Below are positions 1-8,181 of a stretch of DNA of 64,000 bases, piece by piece. Source of the DNA: Roseibacillus sp. (GTDB lineage: Bacteria; Verrucomicrobiota; Verrucomicrobiia; Verrucomicrobiales; Akkermansiaceae); contig JBPOGI010000003.1 of assembly GCA_051251855.1 (NCBI GenBank), positions 288,001-352,000 on the forward strand. Direction: 5' to 3'. Made by a program: the position numbers and the translations under genes. Below the pieces are notes generated by a model. That model worked only from the letters and a program-made list of their open reading frames with translations. It did no database searches and was not told the DNA's origin. Every line of letters begins with the position of its first letter. Within the stretch, counting starts at the first letter, position 1.

Positions 1-19
1 AGCGTGGGCTAAGCCAAGG

Positions 20-70
20 TTAGACAACGCGACCGTTATCGCCGTCGATGGGGATTTGGGCACCGATGGT
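20..70 (-). repeat. Degenerate duplicate of the 3' end of the SDR gene (second copy at 544-594)
   Basis: Minus strand reads TIGAQIPIDGDNGRVV* versus TTGAQIPIDGGNDRVI* at the SDR end; shared core gccgtcgatggggatttgggcaccg. Confidence 0.85.
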
Positions 71-462
71 GATATTAGAAGTTGTGCTTCTTTCAGGTTG
101 TTGTTCGATAGCATTCGGTGGTTTTCTCAGAAGCGAGATCGCCTTGCATCAGGACTGTGCTCACGAGAGATACTATAGTCCGGCTCAGGTGGAGGCAGCT
201 CTTAAGGGAGTCTCATCTGAATTCAACTCGTGGATTGCTTACGCTGTTTTTTGCAAGAGTATGGGGTTTAAGAATCTCTGCAAAAGGGCTTCTGAGCAGC
301 ATGACTATGATGAGCTACGTTGGACCTTTCGGAGGGGCTAAAAAGAGAGGGAGGTCTCTTACAAATTATAAGGAGCCACCGGCTCCAATCCCGAATTCAG
401 TTTCTTCTAAGGGTGGTTCGACTACGCCGACCGGATTCGAACTATTTGGAGATGGCGATTGA
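48..462 (+). pseudogene. Probable degraded or frameshifted small gene, DUF6559-like
   Basis: ORF 48..341 has RYYSPAQVEAAL...WIAYAVFC, resembling DUF6559 from memory; overlapping ORF 118..462 supplies a Gly/Asp-ending tail. Confidence 0.3.
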
Positions 463-482
463 GAAGTCCTTGCTCTCGAATG

Positions 483-511
483 AAAAAACCCAGGGCGTGA
501 ACCCTGGGTTT
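483..511 (-). terminator. Intrinsic terminator after the SDR gene
   Basis: aaacccaggg-cgtgaa-ccctgggttt hairpin with an A-run (U-tract on the minus strand). Confidence 0.8.
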
Positions 512-543
512 GAGTGGAAAGTTGGAAGCTCGTTGAGCTATCC

Positions 544-1311
544 TTAAATTACGCGGTCGTTGCCGCCGTCGATGGGGATTTGGGCACCGGTGGTGGCGTA
601 GAAGACGGGGCCGGCCACTTGGCTGACCATGGCGGCAACACCAGGGGAGGTGATTTCGGCGTGGAGGAGGTTCTTGGTTTTGTATTCCTCGACAGTCATG
701 CCATAACGCTTAGCTGATTTTTCGAGTGCTTCTTGGGTCCAGATTTCGGTGTCGAAGACGGCATCGGGATGGAGCACGTTGACGCGAACTCCGAATTCGG
801 CGAGCTCGAGAGCGGCTACGCGGGCGAGTTGGGTGACGCCAGCTTTGGTGACGGAGTAGGCTGAGGCACCAGGTCCGGGTGCGGCAAAGTTGCGGGAGCC
901 GATGATGATGATGCTCGCTTGCTTGTCGCTCTTCTTGAGGGCGGGGATGGAGTATTTGAGGAAACGCTGAGTCGCGGTGAGGTTAATCTTGATGTGGAGG
1001 TCCCAAGAATCTTGTTCCGCGTCGATGTATTCGCCGGATTTGAAGATGCCGGCGTTAGCGACGATGAGGTCGAGCCCGCCGTGGTCGGCGATGACTTTGT
1101 CGACGGCAGCCTTGAGGGCAGCATCATCGGAGATGTCGCAGACCGCTCCGGAGAGGCGCTCTCCAGTCATGTTGGTGACGACGTCGGGATTGATGTCGAG
1201 GCCGACGACGGTAGCTCCGTCATTGCGAAGGCGTTCGGCAGTGGCGCGACCGATGCCACCGCAGGCTCCGGTGACGATGGCGACTTTATTGGCGTGAATT
1301 TGTTCTGACAT
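544..1311 (-). CDS. SDR family NAD(P)-dependent oxidoreductase
   Basis: TGACGGIG Rossmann motif, ANAG, YSVTK catalytic motif; resembles the SDR half of rhamnulose-1-P aldolase/ADH fusions. Confidence 0.92.
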   Translation of the reverse strand: MSEQIHANKVAIVTGACGGIGRATAERLRNDGATVVGLDINPDVVTNMTGERLSGAVCDISDDAALKAAVDKVIADHGGLDLIVANAGIFKSGEYIDAEQDSWDLHIKINLTATQRFLKYSIPALKKSDKQASIIIIGSRNFAAPGPGASAYSVTKAGVTQLARVAALELAEFGVRVNVLHPDAVFDTEIWTQEALEKSAKRYGMTVEEYKTKNLLHAEITSPGVAAMVSQVAGPVFYATTGAQIPIDGGNDRVI

Positions 1312-1354
1312 GGTGTGGTGTTATTTGGGAGGAGTTATTTGTTATTTGGGAAAA

Positions 1355-2038
1355 TTATTGGGCAGAGGCGATGGAGGCTTTCATCTCGGTGATGTTGCCA
1401 GTGGGGTCGACTCCGTCGAAGACGGCGCTGCCGGTGGCGATGAGGTCGGAACCCATCTTGGATACTTCGCCGACGTTGTTTTTCTTGATAGCTCCATCGA
1501 TGGTGATGAGAAGCTCGGGCTTCCATTCGCGGAGTTGAGCGACTTTGGCAGGGATACTTTCGAAGAAGGTTTCGCCGCCGGTGTCGGGGCCGATAGCCAA
1601 GACCATGACGAAGTCGATTTGGTCGAGGTAGGGCTGAATGGTTTCGAGGGGAGTGTTGGGGTTGAGGGAGACGCCGCGAAGGATGTTTTCGCCGCCTTGT
1701 TCAATGAGGGTGAGGCAAGCTCCGATGTCTTCGGTGTATTCGACCGAGAAGGAAATGGTTCCAGCTCCTGCTTGGCAGTAGGAAGGGATGTGGGTTTCGG
1801 GTTTGTCGGTGAGGAGGTGGACGTCTTTGATGAGGTCGGTGTCGAGGCTGGCGACGAAGTCGGGGCCGACGGTGGTCTTAGACCAGATGATGCCGTCCAT
1901 GATGTCGATGTGGAGGAGGGAAATGCCTCCGCTTACGAGGGTTTGGATGGCGGCGGGTTGGTCCTCGGTGGTGAGGGTGCCGATGGTGAGTTGGGGCTGG
2001 TTGCTCTTTAGGCGGGAGATGATTTCGGTGCGGGACAT
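1355..2038 (-). CDS. Ribulose-phosphate 3-epimerase family protein (LsrE/AlsE-like)
   Basis: LHIDIMDG, DVHL, SLNPNTP, IDGAI and GSAVF motifs. Confidence 0.88.
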   Translation of the reverse strand: MSRTEIISRLKSNQPQLTIGTLTTEDQPAAIQTLVSGGISLLHIDIMDGIIWSKTTVGPDFVASLDTDLIKDVHLLTDKPETHIPSYCQAGAGTISFSVEYTEDIGACLTLIEQGGENILRGVSLNPNTPLETIQPYLDQIDFVMVLAIGPDTGGETFFESIPAKVAQLREWKPELLITIDGAIKKNNVGEVSKMGSDLIATGSAVFDGVDPTGNITEMKASIASAQ

Positions 2039-2201
2039 GGGAAGATGTTATTTGTGAGGAGTTATTTGGGAAAAAGTGAGAATGGGTTCACCGCGAAGAG
2101 CGCAAAGGACGCGAAGGGCCGAGGTTGAACTTCTATTTTTGGGAAAAGGTCTCGAGTTTGGTCGAGCGGGGTCAGTTATGGACTGACGTTTTTGGTTGGG
2201 C

Positions 2202-2221
2202 CGGACTAAAGTCCGCGCTCC
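2202..2221 (-). repeat. REP-like element (GGAG foot plus palindrome)
   Basis: Reverse complement GGAGCG-CGGACTTTAGTCCG; near-identical copy at 18835-18852. Confidence 0.6.
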
Positions 2222-2227
2222 GTGTTG

Positions 2228-2272
2228 AAAAAAGAAAGTCCCTGCAACCCTGTGAAAAGCTGCAGGGACTTT
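2228..2272 (-). terminator. Intrinsic terminator or hairpin after lsrF
   Basis: aaagtccctgca...tgcagggacttt 12-bp stem with an A-run. Confidence 0.7.
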
Positions 2273-2286
2273 GTTGAAAAATGAAC

Positions 2287-3162
2287 TTACGCGTTCTTCT
2301 CGGTCTCGAAGAGGTCGAAACCTTCTTTGGGGGTGAGGTCGTCGTGAACGACGCCCTGAACAGCCTTCATCATCGCGAGGGGAGCCTCGGACTGGAAAAC
2401 GTTACGGCCCATGTCGACACCCGAAGCACCGCACTTGATAGCGTTGCTGCAAAGCTCGAGAGCTTCGAGCTCGGGGAGCTTTTTACCACCCGCGATAACG
2501 ACGGGGACGGGGCAACCCGCGACGACTTTCTCGAAGCCTTCGGTGTAGTAAGTTTTGACGATAGAAGCACCGTTCTCAGCGCAAACGCGGGAAGCGAGGC
2601 CGAAGTAGCGTGCGTCACGAGCCATGTCTTTACCGACGGCGGTGACACCCATCACTGGGATAGAGTAGGTGTTGCCGATGTCGACGAGCTGGCTGAAGTT
2701 CGCGATGGTGGAAGCTTCGGTGTCCTTGTCGCCGATAGCGAGCATGGCGGCCATTGCGGTAGCGTTCATGGAGATAGCTTCTTCCTCAGAGATGAGCACG
2801 TTGTGGTTCATCTCGGTGAGGATAGTTGTGCCGGTATCGGTGCGGAGACAGATAGGCTTCTGGTTGCTTGCAGGGATGCAAGAACGGATCATGCCACGAG
2901 TACCCATGAGGCAGTCTGCGTGGTCAGCGAGGGATGCGATGAGGAGGTCGATACGCTCGAGGCCAGAAGTCGGTCCCATGAGGAAGCCGTGGTCAAAGGC
3001 CAGCATTACGGTGCGGCCGGATTTCTTGTTGAAGATGCGGGACATGCGGTTCTTGGTTCCCCAATCAGCGCCGTCCATACCGTTGAGGTAGAAGCTGCTG
3101 CTGGATGCAGGGCTGTTGAGTCCGAAGTTGTCGCCGTCTCTGATGTCGTCTAGGTCTGCCAT
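2287..3162 (-). CDS. lsrF: 3-hydroxy-5-phosphonooxypentane-2,4-dione thiolase LsrF (class I aldolase fold)
   Basis: MADLDDI...DWG..NRMSRIF..KSGRTVMLAFDHG N-terminus, VKTYY, IAGGKKLPE, GVDMGRNVFQ. Confidence 0.9.
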   Translation of the reverse strand: MADLDDIRDGDNFGLNSPASSSSFYLNGMDGADWGTKNRMSRIFNKKSGRTVMLAFDHGFLMGPTSGLERIDLLIASLADHADCLMGTRGMIRSCIPASNQKPICLRTDTGTTILTEMNHNVLISEEEAISMNATAMAAMLAIGDKDTEASTIANFSQLVDIGNTYSIPVMGVTAVGKDMARDARYFGLASRVCAENGASIVKTYYTEGFEKVVAGCPVPVVIAGGKKLPELEALELCSNAIKCGASGVDMGRNVFQSEAPLAMMKAVQGVVHDDLTPKEGFDLFETEKNA

Positions 3163-3181
3163 AGTATTGTTTTGTTAGATT

Positions 3182-4405
3182 TTATTTGGTGGGGTTTTCG
3201 ATCATGTTGATCAGAGTAGAAACCGCGTGCTCTACGAATGCAGGGTCTTCCGCGGTGTAGTCGAGTGCTTCGACTGTGATTGTGCTGGGGAGGTGTTTTT
3301 GCAAAGACTCCCAGTAGGCTGCATCCAGCTCGGGCTTGTAGAGCTCGCCGCCTTCTGCGGAGTAGCTGCTCACTCCCTTGAGGGGCATAAGGAACACGGT
3401 GTCTTTGGTGGAGTATTGCAAGCGCTCGCCAATCACTTTTGCTACGCGGTCTTGTTCTTCTGCGTTGAGGCGAGGAACGAAGACGACGGGAGCGTGCCAA
3501 GTGATGAGGTTGTTTTTCCATTCTTCTGGAACCTGATGGGGTTCGGTGAGAATGCCGAGGTGCTCGGAGCCGCCAGGACAAATGACCTGAGGGAGACCGA
3601 GTTTGCCGGCAACAGTGAGGCGCTCTGGGCCTGCATCGCGAAGAACTCCCCAAACGCCGTCGGCAAGTTCGCCGAGGGCGTAGTCGAAGACGGCGGTGAT
3701 GATTCCTTCTTTCATCATCTGCTCCATGGCGCGGCCACCGGCTCCAATGGCGTGGAAGGTGATGACTTCGTAGCCCGCTTTTTCGAAGAGTTCGATGGCA
3801 TGCATCGCGCCTTTGGTAATCACGCCCAAGTTGGACATGCCAATCACTCCCTTGGCGGTGGATTTGGTAATGCAGCGCTCGCTTTGGGCCATTCCCCAAG
3901 CGGCGGCAGCGGCGTTAGCGAGGATTTTGCGGGAGAAAACGTTCAAGCCGAGAATATCGGAAACGGCAAACATCATGGTGATGTCCTTGATGCCGACGAA
4001 GGGGGAGGTGTCGCCGGAGGCTGCGGTGGAGAGCATCACCTTCGGAAAGCCATAAGGCATGGCTTGAAGGATGGGTGCACACATGGAGGTGCCTTGGGTT
4101 CCGCCGAGAGTGACTGCGGCGTGGACTTTGCCCTCTTCATTGAGCTGCTGCAGAATCTTGGTTGCTCCCGCGATGATGAAGGGAGTGGCTTCGTCTCGGC
4201 TGGGCTTCACCAGGAGTTCTTCCAAGGTGCTCCCGCCGGCAGCGATGACTTCCTCCTTGGAAACGTCGGCTTTGAGGTCCGATGAACCAACGAGTCCTAG
4301 GTCGATGATGAGGGCTTCACCTCCGAGAGCTTCGATTTCACTCCGCATGAAAGCTGCTTCATCGGCTTTCGTGTCCAGAGTTGCTAAGATTGCGACTTTT
4401 TTCAT
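3182..4405 (-). CDS. Tm-1-like ATP-binding domain protein (UPF0261)
   Basis: ATLDTKADE, GGTQGT, LQAMPYGFPKVMLST, FHAIGAGGRAME motifs. Confidence 0.88.
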   Translation of the reverse strand: MKKVAILATLDTKADEAAFMRSEIEALGGEALIIDLGLVGSSDLKADVSKEEVIAAGGSTLEELLVKPSRDEATPFIIAGATKILQQLNEEGKVHAAVTLGGTQGTSMCAPILQAMPYGFPKVMLSTAASGDTSPFVGIKDITMMFAVSDILGLNVFSRKILANAAAAAWGMAQSERCITKSTAKGVIGMSNLGVITKGAMHAIELFEKAGYEVITFHAIGAGGRAMEQMMKEGIITAVFDYALGELADGVWGVLRDAGPERLTVAGKLGLPQVICPGGSEHLGILTEPHQVPEEWKNNLITWHAPVVFVPRLNAEEQDRVAKVIGERLQYSTKDTVFLMPLKGVSSYSAEGGELYKPELDAAYWESLQKHLPSTITVEALDYTAEDPAFVEHAVSTLINMIENPTK

Positions 4406-4411
4406 GAGGAA

Positions 4412-5272
4412 TTAGTCGTTGAAGGTGAGTTCAGCGAACTCCTTTGCGGCTGCAGTGACGGCGCGCTCGATAGGAAGGCGCTCAGTGGAAGAGCCGGTCC
4501 AGAAGCCGTGGCCGCTGGTGTTGTCGAGCATGTACTGGGCGTCCGGTGGATTCTCCATGGCAGCGCCGTGGGCGACGAGGATAGTGTCAGGAGAAAGCTC
4601 GCGGCACTTTTGATAAACCTTCTCGGTCTGGGCGGCAGTTTCCTCGATGGTCATGCCGTTGTCGTAGCCCTTGATGCCGCCTTTGGTGGTTCCGGCGTGG
4701 TAGCAGAAGATATGGGGCTTTGCTTTCTCGCACATTTCGTAGGAGTCCTCTTCGGTGAAGGCGAGGCCCACAGAAACCATGTTCATCTCTTCTTTGGCGA
4801 GGATGAGCATGTCGATTTCGTTTTGGAGAGTGATGCCCGCAGAGGTCATCACCTTGAAGATTTCAGAGTCGTGATCGACGTAAGAAATGGAGGGTCCGAT
4901 GTTAGAGACCGCTTGGACGCCCATGTCGAGGCATTCTTGGAGAACCATGCGCATGTCCTTGAGGGGGTCGTTCGCGTTCAAGCACGCACAGACGAAAGCG
5001 TCGCCATTGAGAGCAGGCATGATGTCCTCGCGCGTGTATTGCAGAGTCTGCTTGTTGGAGTCGAGGATGGGCCACATCATGGCCATGGTGCCCATGCCGT
5101 TGGCACGGAGACGGGCTCCTGAGAAAGTGTTGACGCAGTCGGTGCCTTCTTTTTCAAGAAGCTTGGCGACGAGCCCGCTTCCTGCAGAGGAAATCATGAT
5201 AGGCTTGCGGGCGGCGATTTTTGCCTGGAGCTTGGCAAGAATGGATTCGGTTGTGAGGCGTTTGGTGATCAT
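4412..5272 (-). CDS. Phosphoenolpyruvate hydrolase family (TIM-barrel) protein
   Basis: AGSGLVAK, HAGTTKGG, HGAAMENPPDA, GFWTGSSTERLPIE; canonical partner of UPF0261. Confidence 0.85.
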   Translation of the reverse strand: MITKRLTTESILAKLQAKIAARKPIMISSAGSGLVAKLLEKEGTDCVNTFSGARLRANGMGTMAMMWPILDSNKQTLQYTREDIMPALNGDAFVCACLNANDPLKDMRMVLQECLDMGVQAVSNIGPSISYVDHDSEIFKVMTSAGITLQNEIDMLILAKEEMNMVSVGLAFTEEDSYEMCEKAKPHIFCYHAGTTKGGIKGYDNGMTIEETAAQTEKVYQKCRELSPDTILVAHGAAMENPPDAQYMLDNTSGHGFWTGSSTERLPIERAVTAAAKEFAELTFND

Positions 5273-5475
5273 GTCGCTTGTGGGAAGGGGAAGCTAGAGG
5301 ATGAAGAACGAAATGTCATGAACGATTTCGGAAGAGTTTTGAATGAAATCGTCAGGCTGTGTTCTGTTTTTGTTAACAGAAGGGGCTCGCAGAGGTTGCG
5401 TTATAATGATTTTGGCAAAGTGGCTGCAAAAGATTTGGTCTTTGCTCTCCGAGGTCATCAACTTCATCGGTCCTG

Positions 5476-5518
5476 AAAAAGAGAAACGGCAGCTCCCACT
5501 CGGGAGGCTGCCGTCTCT
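5476..5518 (-). terminator. Intrinsic terminator after the 5550..7814 gene
   Basis: acggcagc-tccc-actc-gggag-gctgccgt stem with an aaaaa flank. Confidence 0.75.
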
Positions 5519-5549
5519 GTTGGATTGCCGGGAAATTCTTGAGAATATG

Positions 5550-7814
5550 CTAAGGCAGGGTTTCGACGCGGAAGAAGTCTGCACCATCACTATTGCCGTC
5601 GAGAAGGCCGGGGGGAATAGTGAAACGGTTAGCTCCATTGTTGGTGGCGCCGGTGACTGTGGTGAAGGCGGCGTTTAGATCGGTGGAAGTGGTGACCCGA
5701 AGCCCCGAGACCCCTTCTTCTACATCAATGTAGAAGTTGCCACTGGAATCAAAGCCGCAGTCGGTGATGGTAACTGCTGCTGTCCCATTGGGGATGACGA
5801 TTTCGACGTTGTCATAGCCAACAACCGAGTCGTCACCATGGACCAGAACAATTTTGATGGCATCAACCACTCCACCGGAACTGATAGTTTCTGGAACAAA
5901 AAGATTGGTGTATGAATAGGTCTCCCAATCTGTTCCTCCATTGATGAGAGTGGGAGGAGCCTCGACAGTTTGGTCAGTGGGCTGTCCGCCTACAGTGCCA
6001 GAATAGTATTCAATTTTCACTTTTCCGATGTTCGCGCCACTGATGATTCTCATGTCAATATTTACGTCAATGTTCGTTCCCGCTGTCAGGCCAAGATCAG
6101 CGAGAAGAACTGGATTGTTGGAATTCGGGACGAGAACCCCCCACCCACCGGCAGTGGCATCAATGCGCCCGTATCCATCTGGATTGCCATCCGCTGCTGG
6201 GTAGCTCACAGTTGGCCCGCCTTGGAAAAAGGACCAGCTCGCACCGCCTTGCTCAAAGTCAAGATTTGGGATGAGGGGAGCAACAACCGGAGTGTTGTCT
6301 ACCGTGATATTGTCAAAGCGAATGGCGGAACCGATTCCGGCAACTGGAACAACACGAAGAGCATCGGCGTTGGAAGGGAGAGAAACGATGAAATCATCGG
6401 TGGTCCACGCCCCTGTGACAGTTGAGGCGGCGATATCTCCAGAGTCACCGAGAAAGACTCCGCAGCCGAAGAATTCGATTTTCAGCTTTCCGACTTCCGA
6501 ACCAGAGTTGCGGTAGGTGTCCATGCTGAAGGTGTAAGAGGTGCTGGGCGAGAGACCGAGCCTACCAAGGGGGATAGAGGAGCCTTCGTTTGCGACAAGG
6601 ACTCCAAATCCGTTGCCATCATTCTCTAGAAGGGCGTAGCCACCGCTGTTTCCTCCGGTGGAGGGATAGCTAAAGATGGTGTCGGGCTCTCCTGCGGTGA
6701 TCCAGTTGGCATCTCCCGCTGAGAAGTCGCCGTTAGGAATATCAATGATTGGTGGAGTGGTGGTGGTCCCGCCGATAGTAATATTGTCGTATCCGACGAC
6801 TGAGTTGGGACCCCAAAGAGGTATGACTTTGATTCCGCTGACGTTGGGCGGAATCTGAATGGGAAAATCATAGGTGGCCCAGACGTTGCCACTATTCGAA
6901 GTAGGGTAAAGATTACCGGTTGTGCTGTGCTGGTCACTGCCGGTGAAGAATTCTACTTTCAATCCTCCAATATCTGAGCCGGAGAAGAGGTTCATGTCTT
7001 GTTGGAAGTTGTAGGCCTGGCCCGCAACGAGACCGAGGCCTGCGATGGGAATGGGCTGATCAGAGAGTGAAATGAGAACGCCGAAGCTACCGGTGGAGGC
7101 ATCAATCTCGGCATAGCCTCCGCCGCCATTGCCGCCGGTGGCTGGGAAGGTGACAGGTGTGGCTCCACCGTCGTCATTGAGGCCCCAAGAGTCACCATCG
7201 ATAATCTCAAAGTCACCGTTGGGAACGGTGGTGATAGGCGCCAAAGGGATTTGTTCAATTTGAACATTGTCAAAGGCGACGGCAGAGCCTGCACCCCAAA
7301 GCAAAATGACCTTAACACCATCGGCGTAGGCTGGAACGTGGACCTCGAAGCTGTAAGTTTCCCAAGTGGAGCCGTCTCCGATAAGGTCAGGGTAAAGGTC
7401 ACCGGTGGATCCGCAAAGACGTGTGCCGTCGTAGAACTCGACCTTGAGGCCCCCGATTTGAACCATCTCAGAAGAGCCCGCTAGAGGATCGAACTGCATG
7501 TCCTGTTGGAAGCTGTATGTTTGTCCCGCAGCTAGGCCCAAGCTTCCCAAAGTCATCGCTTGGTCCTGATTGGCAATAAGAAGGCCGAATCCAGCACCGT
7601 CGGTGTTGGAAATGATCACTTGGCCATCGGGGTTTCCGTCAGCAGTGAGATAATCATAGAAGAAGGTCCCGTCGCCGTTGTTCTCCTGCCAAAAGGTTTC
7701 GGGGCCAGAGGCGTTTTCGAAGTCTCCGTTGGGAACGAGGATGGGGGCGGCGTGGGCGCTGGCAACGGTCCCCAAAAAAAGGGTTAGGCCGCGGCAGTAT
7801 TTCATGGCTTTCAT
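5550..7814 (-). CDS. Secreted protein with four tandem CBM4/9-like (galactose-binding fold) repeats and a C-terminal FFRV tail
   Basis: Signal peptide (ASAHA); four PN[GL]DF[ES]...GL.AG..Y.F..DM...K[VI]E[FY]...[FY]DN[VI] units; ends ADFFRVETLP. Confidence 0.8.
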   Translation of the reverse strand: MKAMKYCRGLTLFLGTVASAHAAPILVPNGDFENASGPETFWQENNGDGTFFYDYLTADGNPDGQVIISNTDGAGFGLLIANQDQAMTLGSLGLAAGQTYSFQQDMQFDPLAGSSEMVQIGGLKVEFYDGTRLCGSTGDLYPDLIGDGSTWETYSFEVHVPAYADGVKVILLWGAGSAVAFDNVQIEQIPLAPITTVPNGDFEIIDGDSWGLNDDGGATPVTFPATGGNGGGGYAEIDASTGSFGVLISLSDQPIPIAGLGLVAGQAYNFQQDMNLFSGSDIGGLKVEFFTGSDQHSTTGNLYPTSNSGNVWATYDFPIQIPPNVSGIKVIPLWGPNSVVGYDNITIGGTTTTPPIIDIPNGDFSAGDANWITAGEPDTIFSYPSTGGNSGGYALLENDGNGFGVLVANEGSSIPLGRLGLSPSTSYTFSMDTYRNSGSEVGKLKIEFFGCGVFLGDSGDIAASTVTGAWTTDDFIVSLPSNADALRVVPVAGIGSAIRFDNITVDNTPVVAPLIPNLDFEQGGASWSFFQGGPTVSYPAADGNPDGYGRIDATAGGWGVLVPNSNNPVLLADLGLTAGTNIDVNIDMRIISGANIGKVKIEYYSGTVGGQPTDQTVEAPPTLINGGTDWETYSYTNLFVPETISSGGVVDAIKIVLVHGDDSVVGYDNVEIVIPNGTAAVTITDCGFDSSGNFYIDVEEGVSGLRVTTSTDLNAAFTTVTGATNNGANRFTIPPGLLDGNSDGADFFRVETLP

Positions 7815-7993
7815 GGCTTTTTTGATAGTTTGGTCTTGTCTTTATTGGGAAGCATAGGCTTGAGAGGCGGACCGGCTCAGTAAGCTCAGAGAGTGCACCC
7901 TACTGCATGCCGTGTAGCGGGAGAAAACTAAGAACCAGTATGTTGAGCAGTATCTCCCCTCAGTCAGCATAATGCTCAACCAAAGTTCTCGAC

Positions 7994-8007
7994 TGTAACT
8001 TTATGCA
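7994..8007. promoter_or_regulatory. Putative operator TGCA-N6-TGCA (copy 1)
   Basis: TGTAACTTTATGCA in a divergent promoter; the motif recurs six times in the window. Confidence 0.6.
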
Positions 8008-8099
8008 CATTCTCTCATGATGCTCCCCGCGGCAAGAAATTTTTTCTGCTTCTCTCTAAATGATCTTTGTTCTTGCTCTTAGGCTAAAAGGTGTAAGAT

Positions 8100-8113
8100 T
8101 ACATAAAGTTGCA
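8100..8113. promoter_or_regulatory. Putative operator TGCA-N6-TGCA (copy 2)
   Basis: TACATAAAGTTGCA; near-inverted copy of site 1. Confidence 0.6.
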
Positions 8114-8181
8114 TTACCCCGAAAGGGGGAATTGAGACCTTTCCAACGGCCAATAAATCCAAGTAACACAAGAATAGAACC

